Part shown: positions 20,529 through 30,158 of the stretch, in pieces
Numbering within the stretch: position 1 is the first letter of the stretch
Layout of the letters: each line of letters opens with the position of its first letter
Source of the DNA: an uncultured Actinomycetota bacterium
GTDB lineage: Bacteria > Actinomycetota > Actinomycetes > JAHEKZ01
Assembly (NCBI GenBank): GCA_963829525.1
Contig: CAWHIJ010000003.1
Span: 1,536,001-1,600,000 of the forward strand
DNA: 64,000 bases
Reading direction: 5' to 3'
Notes under the pieces: generated by a model
The model's database searches: none
What the model saw: the letters and a program-made list of their open reading frames with translations, nothing else
What the model was told of the DNA's origin: nothing
Program-made: the position numbers and the translations under genes

Positions 20529-21692
20529 ATGAAGAGGATCGTGATCGTCGGAGGCGGGCTTGCCGGTTTCGAGTCGGCAAGGGCGTTACGGAGCCAGGGG
20601 TTCGGCGGCGAGGTGGTGATGCTCGCGGCTGAGCAGGAACCCCCCTATGACCGGCCGCCACTGTCGAAGGACTTCTTGGCCTGGCGCGACGTCTCCCTTC
20701 ACTTCGATATGGCCCCGGTGCCCGACATCGACATCCGCCTGGGCACACCGGCGACGGGCCTGGAGGCTGGATCGGTGCTGACCGCCGACGGTCGCCTCGA
20801 CTGCGACGGGGTGGTGGTTGCGGTCGGATCCACTCCCGTTGCACTCCCTGGGACGACGACGTTACGGACGCTTGGCGACGCGCACATGCTGCGCGACTCA
20901 TTGGAGATGGGCGCCGAGGTGGCCATCATCGGCGCCGGATGGATCGGTGCCGAAGTCGCGTCTGCCGCCGCTGAGAACGGCTGCTCGGTCACCGTCTACG
21001 AAGCGGCTGACTCTCCGCTGTCGGCCGCTCTGCCGAAGGACCTAGGGATGCGCACGGTCCAGTGGTACGAGCAGCTGGGGATTTCGCTGCGCTTGGGCGA
21101 GAGGGTTGATGACGTGACCGCTCTCGGTGCCGACGTCGTGCTGGCCGGGCTCGGAGCGCGTCCAGCGACCGAGGTCCTTACTGACAGCGATCTCGAGCTG
21201 CGGACCGAGGACGGCGCGGTCGTGGTCGACGACCGGATGCGGTCGTCGATGCCCGGAGTCGTGGCGGTGGGTGACTGCGCGGCCTGGTGGTCGGCGCGGT
21301 ACGACACCCGGTTGCGGGTGGAGCACTGGGACGCCGCACTCCACGCGCCGGCGGTGGCTGCCGCGGTGCTGCTGGCCGGCGACAAGGCCGATGCCGACGT
21401 GGAGCCGTACAACCCGGTGCCGTACTTCTGGTCAGACCAGTTCGGTCACACGATCCAGTACGCGGGCCATCGCTCGGCGTCTGATCGACGGGTCGACCGC
21501 TGCGTGGAGGGCGACTGGGCGGTCGGGTGGTTCCGCGACGCCGAAGGTGGCCCACAGTTGACGGCTCTGGCCGTCGTGGACCGACCGCGCGACCTCACGC
21601 AGGCCCGGCGGCTCATGACGGCGGGGACGGCGATCGACCCGGAGAAGTTTGCCGACGCGTCCGTCCCGGTCAAGGCCTGCACCCTGGGGTGA
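20529..21692 (+). CDS. FAD/NAD-dependent ferredoxin reductase-like oxidoreductase
   Basis: GGGLAG, PYDRPPLSK, GAGWIGAE, AVGDCA, VEHW, PYFWSDQF. Confidence 0.9.
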   Translation: MKRIVIVGGGLAGFESARALRSQGFGGEVVMLAAEQEPPYDRPPLSKDFLAWRDVSLHFDMAPVPDIDIRLGTPATGLEAGSVLTADGRLDCDGVVVAVGSTPVALPGTTTLRTLGDAHMLRDSLEMGAEVAIIGAGWIGAEVASAAAENGCSVTVYEAADSPLSAALPKDLGMRTVQWYEQLGISLRLGERVDDVTALGADVVLAGLGARPATEVLTDSDLELRTEDGAVVVDDRMRSSMPGVVAVGDCAAWWSARYDTRLRVEHWDAALHAPAVAAAVLLAGDKADADVEPYNPVPYFWSDQFGHTIQYAGHRSASDRRVDRCVEGDWAVGWFRDAEGGPQLTALAVVDRPRDLTQARRLMTAGTAIDPEKFADASVPVKACTLG

Positions 21693-21723
21693 GATCGAGT
21701 CATCGACGTGGCAGGGTGAGCGG

Positions 21724-22110
21724 GTGAGCACCCGAGCAAGCATCGACACCCCAGTCACCTCCGACGTGGATGAGCTGGTCGGTGAGTGGCTGACAGTGCC
21801 CGATCTCGCTGAGGCCCTGGGCATCGACGTGGTCAACGTTCGCCAGTACCTCAAGGATGGGCACCTGATCAGTGTTCGCCGCGGTGATCGTGCGGTCATC
21901 AGTGTTCCAGCCGCATTCGTGCAAGACGGCATCGTCGTCAAGAAGATCCCCGGACTGCTTACCTTGCTGCGGGACGCCGGCTACGACGAGAACGAGTCGA
22001 TGCGGTGGATCTTCACCTCCGACGACTCCTTGCCGGGAACCCCCATGCAGGCGCTGCTCGACAACCGGCACACCGAGGTACGCAGACGCGCTCAGTCGCT
22101 GGCCTTCTGA
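21724..22110 (+). CDS. Rv2175c-family DNA-binding protein
   Basis: WLTVPDLAEALG HTH, GLLTLLRDAGY, HTEVRRRAQSLAF C-terminus. Confidence 0.85.
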   Translation: MSTRASIDTPVTSDVDELVGEWLTVPDLAEALGIDVVNVRQYLKDGHLISVRRGDRAVISVPAAFVQDGIVVKKIPGLLTLLRDAGYDENESMRWIFTSDDSLPGTPMQALLDNRHTEVRRRAQSLAF

Positions 22111-22112
22111 CC

Positions 22113-22472
22113 GTGCAGCAGTTCGCGTACTTCGGCGTCCTCCTTTTCATCGTGGTGGGGAGCGGCTGGCTCGAGCTCGGGCTGAGAACCAATGTGCTGC
22201 GTCGGTGGCGCAGGTTCGTTCTGTCGGTTGCGCCGGTGCTCATGCTGTTCCTGTTGTGGGATGCCTACGCCATTGCCTCAGAGCACTGGAACTTCGATCA
22301 GGAGCGGACCACCGGTGTGACGATCGGAGCCGGGATCCCCATCGAAGAGCTGGTGTTCTTCATCGTCGTCCCGTTCGCTGCCGTCCTTACCCTCGAGGCG
22401 GTGCGCTCGGTGCGCGGTTGGTCCGTCGGCGATGAGCCACCGGGGGATTCGGCGTCGGGGGCTTCGCAATGA
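22113..22472 (+). CDS. crtYc: Heterodimeric lycopene cyclase subunit (CrtYc-like)
   Basis: FLLWDAYAI..HWNF, IPIEELVFF motif. Confidence 0.8.
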   Translation: MQQFAYFGVLLFIVVGSGWLELGLRTNVLRRWRRFVLSVAPVLMLFLLWDAYAIASEHWNFDQERTTGVTIGAGIPIEELVFFIVVPFAAVLTLEAVRSVRGWSVGDEPPGDSASGASQ

Positions 22473-22858
22473 CGTACACGCAGCTGGCACTGTTGGGGGT
22501 CGGGCTCACCGTGGTTCTCGACCTCATGGTGTTGCGCACGCGGTTGCTGCTGCGGCGTACCTTCTGGGTGGCGTACGGGATCGTCGTCTTCTTCCAGCTT
22601 GCGACGAACGGCGTCCTCACCGGTTTCGAGATCGTTCGGTACTCCGGCGATGCCATCATCGGGACGGATTCGCCGACCTTCCTTGGCGACGGCCGCATCG
22701 CCTACGCTCCGATCGAGGATCTGCTCTTCGGCTTCGCTCTCGTGGTGCAGACGCTCATCTGGTGGGTGTGGTGGGGCCGCCGAGGTGTTCAGTACCGACC
22801 GCTTGCTGGCCCGCCGGTCTGGCGGCGCCGTCGAGGCGCGTCAGGCGCGGACAACTGA
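22469..22858 (+). CDS. crtYd: Heterodimeric lycopene cyclase subunit (CrtYd-like)
   Basis: MTYT, FQLATNGVLT, APIEDLLFGF motif; ATGA overlap. Confidence 0.8.
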   Translation: MTYTQLALLGVGLTVVLDLMVLRTRLLLRRTFWVAYGIVVFFQLATNGVLTGFEIVRYSGDAIIGTDSPTFLGDGRIAYAPIEDLLFGFALVVQTLIWWVWWGRRGVQYRPLAGPPVWRRRRGASGADN

Positions 22859-22894
22859 CACCCTCTGAGGTGGCGTCATGACCACGTCACCCGA

Positions 22895-23800
22895 TCATCG
22901 GGCACGGACGGCGCGGAACCACGCGGGGAGCGCCACCTGGACGCGGCGTGGCACTGACACGGTGGCCCTTTCGGTGAACACCTGGTAGTCGATGCTCTCG
23001 ACGGCGTCGGCGATTCCGCAGTAGAGGATGCGGGCGGCGTCGATGCAGGGCTGGCTGTCCGGCGAGAGCAGTGCGATGCCGGGGCGGGACGCCTGCTCGA
23101 GCCGCCGCACCCTGGCGATCTCGAACTTCAGCAGCTCGCGTACCGGCTCGGTGACGACCCGGCGCTCGAGATCTCGGCGGGTCAGCCCGAACTGTGAGAG
23201 GTCCGCAATCGGCATATAGAGGCGACCGCGGTCGAGGTCCTCACCGATGTCGCGGATGAAGTTGGCCAGCTGGAAGGCGACCCCCAGGTCCATGGCGTAG
23301 TCGTAGGCGGCGTCCGAACTCGGTTCGAGGATCGGCACCATCTGCAGGCCGATGACGGCTGCTGATCCGTAGACGTACTCGTAGAGGGCGTCGTAGTCGG
23401 CGTACTCGGTGACCGTGAGGTCCATGGCCATCGAGTGAAGGAACGCCTCGAAGTGCGCGCGCGGGATGTTCCAGCGCTGCACCGTGTCGACCACCGCGCG
23501 GCAGATGGGGTCGTCACTGTGGCCGGCATCAAGATCAACCAGGAACTTCGCCCCCCACTCGTGCAACAGCGTTGTCTTCTGCTCATCGGTGAGGGTGCTT
23601 GCCAGATCATCGACGATCTCGTCGGCGTACCGTGCGAAACCGTAGAGTGCATGCACGTAGGGACGCTTAGCCGGAGGCAAGAGCAGGGTGGCCAGGTAGT
23701 ACGTCTTGCCGTGGGCGGCATTGAGCCGTCGGCACGCCTCGTACGACTCACGGAGGTGCGGATCGAACACTCCCGCAGCGTCCAACTCACGTTCGCTCAC
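22895..23800 (-). CDS. crtB: Phytoene synthase
   Basis: HGKTYYLAT, ARYADEIVDD, FQLANFIRDIGED..RGRLYMP. Confidence 0.93.
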   Translation of the reverse strand: MSERELDAAGVFDPHLRESYEACRRLNAAHGKTYYLATLLLPPAKRPYVHALYGFARYADEIVDDLASTLTDEQKTTLLHEWGAKFLVDLDAGHSDDPICRAVVDTVQRWNIPRAHFEAFLHSMAMDLTVTEYADYDALYEYVYGSAAVIGLQMVPILEPSSDAAYDYAMDLGVAFQLANFIRDIGEDLDRGRLYMPIADLSQFGLTRRDLERRVVTEPVRELLKFEIARVRRLEQASRPGIALLSPDSQPCIDAARILYCGIADAVESIDYQVFTERATVSVPRRVQVALPAWFRAVRAR

Positions 23801-23921
23801 GGCGACATCCTGCCTCACCGGGTTCGCACCTGGCGGGCGACGGTGCGAGTAGGTTGGGGGGTGAAGGAGTCTCAGGGGAGCGGCGGGGAATGTCCGTCGC
23901 AATGCGGGAAGGGTGAGGGCG

Positions 23922-24422
23922 ATGAGCACGGAGTCGACGGAAGAGCCGGTCGACATCAACGACCCTGAGCTTTTCGGATCGCTCGAGGACGACGAGGTGC
24001 CGGCTGCGGTGCAGGAAGCCTTCGACGGCCGAAGGGGAGTCCATCTCCTTGAAACTGAGCCCGGACCGGTGCGGCGTGAGGCCACTGAGCACGACTGGCA
24101 TACGGTCACTTTGGACACTTTGGGCGTGGACGACCGCGAGGGGTTTGTCGCTGCTCTGTCCGAATGTTTTGACCTGTCCGGCCTCGGCGCTGGTTCGTGG
24201 GACGTGCTCGATCAGCACCTGCGCGCACTCGACCTCGACGAGCCGAACGGGCTCCTCATCTGCTGGGACGGTTGGGGCTCCTTCGCAGAAGCCGACCCGG
24301 ACAGTTTCGAGATGGCGATCGAGATCTTCCAGGACGCCTGCATCGCTTGGCAGTACGACAAGTTCCAAGCGGCGGTGCTGCTCGTCGGCGACGGCCCTGA
24401 GACCGACGTCCCGTCCTGGTGA
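23922..24422 (+). CDS. Barstar-family (RNase inhibitor-like) acidic protein
   Basis: F..ALSECFDL..LGAGSWDVLDQHLRAL..LLICWDG matches the barstar FG.NWDAL.D.L pattern; very acidic. Confidence 0.65.
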   Translation: MSTESTEEPVDINDPELFGSLEDDEVPAAVQEAFDGRRGVHLLETEPGPVRREATEHDWHTVTLDTLGVDDREGFVAALSECFDLSGLGAGSWDVLDQHLRALDLDEPNGLLICWDGWGSFAEADPDSFEMAIEIFQDACIAWQYDKFQAAVLLVGDGPETDVPSW

Positions 24423-24426
24423 TGTT

Positions 24427-25926
24427 TCAGCGTAAGGCGCGCGAGCGGTAGTTCGGATCGGGTCCGGTGATCCGTTCGGCGGCCAGGCGCCCAGAGATCA
24501 GCACCATGGGGACGCCGACACCTGGCGTTGTGCCAGACCCGGCGAACACGACGTTCTCTCCCCACAGGTTCTTCGGTCGGAATGGACCGGTCTGAAGGAA
24601 CGAGTGCGCCGACGCGAACGGCGAACCATCAGCCATGCCCTGACGTTCCCAGTCGACCGGGTCGATGATGTGCTCGACTTCCACGGCGTCGCTGAAGCCG
24701 ACGTAGCCGCGCTCCTCGAGGACGGCGAGGACATGGTCGCGGTACCCCTCACGCTCCACCGCCCAATCGATGTCGGCAGAGGTGTTCGGCGTCGGGAAGA
24801 AGACGTAGTAGATCTGGCGTCCGTCGGGCGCCAGTGACGGGTCGGAGTGTGTCGGGTTGGACACCAGAAAGCTTGGGTCGCTCATCAGTTCGCCGCGGTC
24901 GATGAGTTCATCGAAGACACCGCGCCACGAGCGGCCAAAGTGGATGTTGTGGTGCGCGACCTTGGCGTACGACGCTGACGAACCGGCGAGCATCAGGAAG
25001 CAGGAGGGGGAGTAGCGCAGACGGCGCACCGTCCATGGCTCCTCACCGAGCAGCTCACGCATAGCCACGGGGAGGTCAGGGTTGACGACGACGGCGTCGC
25101 AAGGAATGCGATCTCCGTCCGCGGTGTGAACAGCCACCGCTCGCGCACCGCGGCGTTCGATGTGGATCGCTTCTGTGCTGTAACGGAAGTCGACCCCGTG
25201 CTTGCTCGCCGCCGCAGCCATCGCCTCGGGGACGGCGTGCATGCCGCCGTCCGGCGCGTAGACGCCGGCGACGGAGTCCATGTACGCGATCACGCAGTAC
25301 AGAGCCATTGCGTCGAATGGTGACATTCCTGCGTACATGGCCTGGAACGACAGGACGCGTTGCGTCCGAGGGTCCTTGAGGTACTGCTCGACCTTCGGCG
25401 CCATCCTGCGAAAACCCCCGAGTGCGGCGAGTCGGGCCAGGTTTGGCGTCAGCAGGTCGAACGGTGAGTCGATGTTGCGGTCGATGAAGTCGGTCATTTC
25501 ATACCGGTAGAGCTGGGTGACGAACTCAACGTAGCGGCGGTAACCGCCCGCTTCTTCGGGTCCGCAGACCTGCCGGATCTCCTCGATCATCGCGGCTGGG
25601 TCCAGCTTCACGTCCAGAGATGAACCGTCGGCGTACCAGGCGCGGTAGAGAGGGTCGATGGGACGCAGCGTGAGCCAGTCGTCCATGTCCTCGCCGACGC
25701 AGTCGAATGCATCGGCGATGAGGTCGGGCATCGTCAGCACCGTTGGGCCATTGTCGAAGTGATAGCCCGCGTCGGCGATGACGCCGGCACGTCCTCCTGG
25801 AACTGCCGCTCGCTCGATGACGGTCACCTGGCGGCCGGCTCCGGCAAGGCGAAGTGCCGCCGAAAGCCCGGCCAGCCCGGCTCCGATGACGACGACATGG
25901 TCGGTTCGACCGCGAACGGTGCGCAT
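24427..25926 (-). CDS. crtI: Phytoene desaturase
   Basis: MRTVRGRTDHVVVIGAGLAGL, FDNGPTVLTMP, FLQTGPFRP, GSGTTPGVGVPMVLISG. Confidence 0.92.
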   Translation of the reverse strand: MRTVRGRTDHVVVIGAGLAGLSAALRLAGAGRQVTVIERAAVPGGRAGVIADAGYHFDNGPTVLTMPDLIADAFDCVGEDMDDWLTLRPIDPLYRAWYADGSSLDVKLDPAAMIEEIRQVCGPEEAGGYRRYVEFVTQLYRYEMTDFIDRNIDSPFDLLTPNLARLAALGGFRRMAPKVEQYLKDPRTQRVLSFQAMYAGMSPFDAMALYCVIAYMDSVAGVYAPDGGMHAVPEAMAAAASKHGVDFRYSTEAIHIERRGARAVAVHTADGDRIPCDAVVVNPDLPVAMRELLGEEPWTVRRLRYSPSCFLMLAGSSASYAKVAHHNIHFGRSWRGVFDELIDRGELMSDPSFLVSNPTHSDPSLAPDGRQIYYVFFPTPNTSADIDWAVEREGYRDHVLAVLEERGYVGFSDAVEVEHIIDPVDWERQGMADGSPFASAHSFLQTGPFRPKNLWGENVVFAGSGTTPGVGVPMVLISGRLAAERITGPDPNYRSRALR

Positions 25927-25930
25927 GGGC

Positions 25931-26999
25931 CTACCCCTCCCGCCGAGTAGCGGCGAAGGTGAGGTCGTCCAGGACCCCATGGGCAGGTTGGGGCAGCAGG
26001 GTCAGAGCTCGGTGTGACTCGTCCACGAGCGAGATGATGAGCTCTTCGACGAATGTCAGCGCGCCGGTCTCCTCGATCAGGCCGCGCAGTTCGTCGACGC
26101 CGGCGGCCGTCAGGTGCGGGTCGCCCAGGTGACGGTGCAGAAGTGCCAGTTGCGAGGGGCTGCTTCGCTCGTCCGCGACGGCGATGAGCACGGTGCGCTT
26201 TCCCTCACGCAGATCGTCGCCGGCTGGTTTTCCCGTAACGGCTGGGTCACCGAAGACGCCGAGGACGTCGTCGCGCAGCTGAAAGGCCTCGCCCAGCGGG
26301 ATGCCATAGGCGCTGTACTGCGTGAGGAGCTCGGGTGGGGCTCCGGCCAATGTGGCGCCGAGATGAAGGGGGCCCTCTACGGTGTACTTGGCAGCCTTGT
26401 AACCGAGCAACCCGAAGAGCCCGCTCGACCGATCCGCCACCCCTCGCCTGCTCGAGCAGGTCGAGATACTGGCCGGCCATCAGCTCGGTACGCATCCGGT
26501 CATAGACGGGTTTGGCTCGCACCAGGGCGTCCTGCGGAAGAGCTGCAGAGAAGAGCATCTCGTCGGCCCAGGTGAGGGTGAGGTCACCCAGCAGGATCGC
26601 AGCGCCCGTCCCGAACGACTCCGGTGAACCGACCCACTGAGCGCTGCGGTGCAGACCCGCAAACTTCCGATGCGCGCTCGGATGGCCGCGTCGGGTATCG
26701 GAGTCGTCCATGACGTCGTCGTGGATCAGCGCGCAGGCCTGGAGGAACTCAAGTGCTGCGACCGCTCGGATGATCTCGGTGCAGTCATCACCGCCGGCTC
26801 CGCGCCACCCCCAGTACGCGAAGGCGGGGCGCAGCCGCTTGCCGCCCGCGAGAAGGGTGCGGGCGGCGTCCAGGATGGGGAGCAGCTCTTCCCCAACGGC
26901 GTCGAGCACCGGCTGTTGGCTTTCGAGGAAAGCCTCGAGCTCTTTGTGCACGCGGACGCGGAGGTCTTCAGCATCGAGCGGAGAGCGCTGCGAGGACAT
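25931..26999 (-). CDS. crtE: Geranylgeranyl diphosphate synthase (apparent +1 error near 26402)
   Basis: GGKRLRP, LIHDDVMDDSDTRRG (FARM), GQYLD, then YKAAKYT and FQLRDDVLG in the next frame. Confidence 0.9.
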
Positions 27000-27061
27000 A
27001 CCGGCGAGGCTATCTGCCCACTCGCGCGCTTGCAGCCCGAGGCCAGTTCCACCCGCTCGCT

Positions 27062-27085
27062 CAGTCGCACACCCAGTCGCACACC
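27062..27085. repeat. 12-bp tandem duplication CAGTCGCACACC x2
   Basis: Read directly in the intergenic spacer between crtE and the second desaturase. Confidence 0.85.
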
Positions 27086-27104
27086 CGGCTGCCCGCTCGG
27101 GTCC

Positions 27105-28607
27105 TCAGGCGGGGCCGATCAGATCGGCCACGATCGCTGCCGACATTCCCACGAGGGGTAGCCCACCGCCCGGGTGCGCCGAACCCCCGACCAGGAAGAG
27201 GCCAGGAACCGGCGAGCGGTTGGCAGCCCTGAGGAACGCAGCCCTCGCCCCGTTGCTGGATGTGCCGTAGATGGACCCTCCCGGTGAGCGGGTGGTGCGC
27301 TCGAGGTCTGCCGGCGTCCGGACCTCCGACCACAGCAGGCGTGGCCGGACGTCGTAGCCGCGCGCTGCGAGGACATCGAGGATGCGTTCGCGGTACTCGC
27401 TCACGAGGTCGAGGTCACTCCAGTCCACGCCTCCGGCTGGATCGTGGCGTGGTGCGTTGACGAGCACGAACCACGCCTCGTGTTCGTCGTCGGGGCGCAT
27501 CAGCGTGTCGTCGGGAGCGCAGAGGTAGATCGTCGGATCGTCGACCGGACGGGGCGTACGGCCGAAGATCGAGTCGAACTCGGCGTCGTAGTCGGAGGGG
27601 AAGAGCACATTGTGGTGCAGCAGTCCTGGGGTGCGGCCCCGGACCGCCAACAGCATCACGAAACCGGCGAGGGATGGTGTTGCCCTCTTCAAGCGACGAA
27701 GTGGAGCACTTGCAGCCTTGTCGTCGAGCAGCTCTGCGTACAGGTGCCGGGCATCGGCGTCGGACACCACAACATCGGCGTTGATCGGTTCGCCGGAAGC
27801 AAGCGTTACCCCACTCACCCGGTTCGCATCGGTGTGGATGCGCGCAACGTCGGCACCGAAGCGGAAGGTGATGCCGCGGTCGCGACACCGCTGATACAAC
27901 GCATCGGCGAGCCCACCGATGCCCCCTCCGATGTGCCAGGCGCCAAAGGTCTGTTCGACGAAGGGGATGACGGCGAGGGCGGCCGGAGCCTTTCGAGGGT
28001 CCGAGCCGGTGTAAGTGGCGTACCGGTCGAGAAGCGTGACCAGGCGGGGGTCGTCGAAGTACTCGTTTCCAAGGCCACGAAGCGTCTTCCAGGGTGCCAC
28101 GGTCCGCAGGTCCGACCACTTCCGAAGGTGTGGCAGCAGGTCTCGCGGTCCGTTGAGCGGTGACTCGAGGAAGGGCACCCGCGTTGCTGACCATAAGTCC
28201 GCCGATCGCCTGCTGAAACGCTTCCAATCGTCCTCGGCAGAACTACCTAGCGCCGCACCGAGTGCAGCAGCAACTCGATTGCTGTTGCTACCAGGAAGAA
28301 CGGCGTTGACGCCGTCAGCCCAGCGGTAGCAGAAGGCTGGGTCCAAGCCTTGCAGATCGACGTTCTCCTCCAGCGCTGCGCCCTTTCGGCGGATGGGCGT
28401 CTTGAGGAAGAGGTCGCGGTAGACGGCGGGCAGCGTGAGCAGTGATGGCCCGGTGTCGAACGCGAATCCGTCCCGCCGGTACGTCTCGACCTTGCCTCCT
28501 GCACGTTCAGATTGCTCGAGGACCGTGACGTCATGCCCCTGGGCAGAGAGGCGCGCGGCGGCGGCCATGCCGCCCATGCCTGCACCTATCACCACCACCG
28601 AAGCCAC
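27105..28607 (-). CDS. Second CrtI-family desaturase (CrtD-like carotenoid 3,4-desaturase candidate)
   Basis: VVIGAGMGG, FDTGPSLLTLP, RYATYTGSDP, GGSIYG, GGSAHPGGGLPLVGMS; clustered with cruF/crtA/GT2. Confidence 0.8.
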   Translation of the reverse strand: MASVVVIGAGMGGMAAAARLSAQGHDVTVLEQSERAGGKVETYRRDGFAFDTGPSLLTLPAVYRDLFLKTPIRRKGAALEENVDLQGLDPAFCYRWADGVNAVLPGSNSNRVAAALGAALGSSAEDDWKRFSRRSADLWSATRVPFLESPLNGPRDLLPHLRKWSDLRTVAPWKTLRGLGNEYFDDPRLVTLLDRYATYTGSDPRKAPAALAVIPFVEQTFGAWHIGGGIGGLADALYQRCRDRGITFRFGADVARIHTDANRVSGVTLASGEPINADVVVSDADARHLYAELLDDKAASAPLRRLKRATPSLAGFVMLLAVRGRTPGLLHHNVLFPSDYDAEFDSIFGRTPRPVDDPTIYLCAPDDTLMRPDDEHEAWFVLVNAPRHDPAGGVDWSDLDLVSEYRERILDVLAARGYDVRPRLLWSEVRTPADLERTTRSPGGSIYGTSSNGARAAFLRAANRSPVPGLFLVGGSAHPGGGLPLVGMSAAIVADLIGPA

Positions 28608-28640
28608 GTCGGGAGCGTACGGGTGGCTAGTGTCGGCGGC

Positions 28641-30095
28641 ATGACCAACCCTGAAGACCCACTCGGTCTGCGCGACGACGCACCGCTGCTCGATGGCTGG
28701 CTCGCCTACCGAGCCAGTAGTCCTGTGCCATTCGGGACACCGGGCCACAAGCAGCGTCTTGACCTTGTCGGGGCAGTGGTGCGCGACGACATCCCGCTCT
28801 ACGGCGGCGTCGACACCATCCGCCAACAGGCGGGAGCCATCGCGGAGGCCGACCGTCGCCTCGCCCGCGCCTGGGGCGCGGACTGGGGCCGGATCTCTGT
28901 CGGTGGATCGACGCATGGCAACCAGACGTTGATGCTGGCTCTATGTCGTCCCGGCGACACCGTTGTCGTGACGCGGACACTGCATCGCTCGCTCTTGCTC
29001 GGCATGGTGCTGGCCGGCGTCACACCCGTGTGGGTACGACCAGACGTCGATCCCACGACGGGCCTGCCAACGCACGTGCCAGTGGACCGGGTGCAGGCCG
29101 CGCTCGCTGCGCACCCGGAGGCTAAGGCCGTCTTCCTCGTCGAGCCGACCTACGTCGGGACCGTTTCCGACGTCGCCGCGCACGCTGCGGTCGCCCACGC
29201 CCAGGGTGTGCCACTCGTCGTCGACCAGGCGTGGGGCGCGTACTTCGGATTCCACCCTGACCTGCCACGCCATGCACTCCAGGCTGGTGCGGACGCGCTG
29301 GTCACGAGCGCCCACAAGACCCTTCCCGCCTACACGCAGGCTGCGCTCGTGCTGGCCCGCAACGAGCGGATCGATCCCCACCGCCTCGACCGAGCATTCG
29401 ACGCGACGGCCACCACAAGTCCCTCCGGCACGATCGCGGCGAGCGCAGACGCCGCCCGTGCACTCTTGGAGCGCGACGGGGAGCGGCTGCTCGGCCATCT
29501 GATCCGGATCGTCGATCATGCACGCGACCGGCTACGCGAGGTTCCTGGACTGGTCCTGCTCGACGATGTCGTCGACCGCTCGGTCATCCTCGACCGCGTC
29601 AAGTTGGCGATCAATGTGTCGGCGACGGGCGCAACCGGGCTCGCTGTTGAGGAAGACCTCATCAAGGCCGGCATGCCGGTGGAGCTGGCTGATCGCGACA
29701 CCGTTGTACCCATCATCTCGATCAACGATGACCAGAGCTCGGTCGATGCCTTCATTGACGGAGTCATCGCGTCGATCGAGCGCCAACGAAGCCAATCCCG
29801 TCCGGTGCTGCCGTCGATCTCGTGGACTGTCGAACCCGACGTCGTACTGTCACCGCGCGACGCCTACTTCGCCGCGCACGAGACCGTGCCGGCGACCGAC
29901 GCGGTTGGGCTGGTGTCGGCTGAGCTTGTGGCTCCGTACCCGCCAGGTATCCCTGTGCTCGCACCAGGAGAACGCATCACTTCGGCCGCCGTTGAAGGGC
30001 TGCGCGACGCGATGGGCGACGGGACGCAGATCCGCTACGCCGCCGATCCGACGCTGGCCACCTTCCAGGTCGTCGCAACCCCCGACAACGTGTGA
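28641..30095 (+). CDS. Orn/Lys/Arg decarboxylase, PLP fold type I
   Basis: TPGHK, GGSTHGN, HRSLL, VDQAWG, SAHKTLP (PLP Lys), TTSPS, PYPPGIP. Confidence 0.88.
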   Translation: MTNPEDPLGLRDDAPLLDGWLAYRASSPVPFGTPGHKQRLDLVGAVVRDDIPLYGGVDTIRQQAGAIAEADRRLARAWGADWGRISVGGSTHGNQTLMLALCRPGDTVVVTRTLHRSLLLGMVLAGVTPVWVRPDVDPTTGLPTHVPVDRVQAALAAHPEAKAVFLVEPTYVGTVSDVAAHAAVAHAQGVPLVVDQAWGAYFGFHPDLPRHALQAGADALVTSAHKTLPAYTQAALVLARNERIDPHRLDRAFDATATTSPSGTIAASADAARALLERDGERLLGHLIRIVDHARDRLREVPGLVLLDDVVDRSVILDRVKLAINVSATGATGLAVEEDLIKAGMPVELADRDTVVPIISINDDQSSVDAFIDGVIASIERQRSQSRPVLPSISWTVEPDVVLSPRDAYFAAHETVPATDAVGLVSAELVAPYPPGIPVLAPGERITSAAVEGLRDAMGDGTQIRYAADPTLATFQVVATPDNV

Positions 30096-30158
30096 GCGCG
30101 CTGGGGCTATACCCCCCGTGATCTAACACAATGCGCAGGGGGACGAGTGGGGCGCGGG

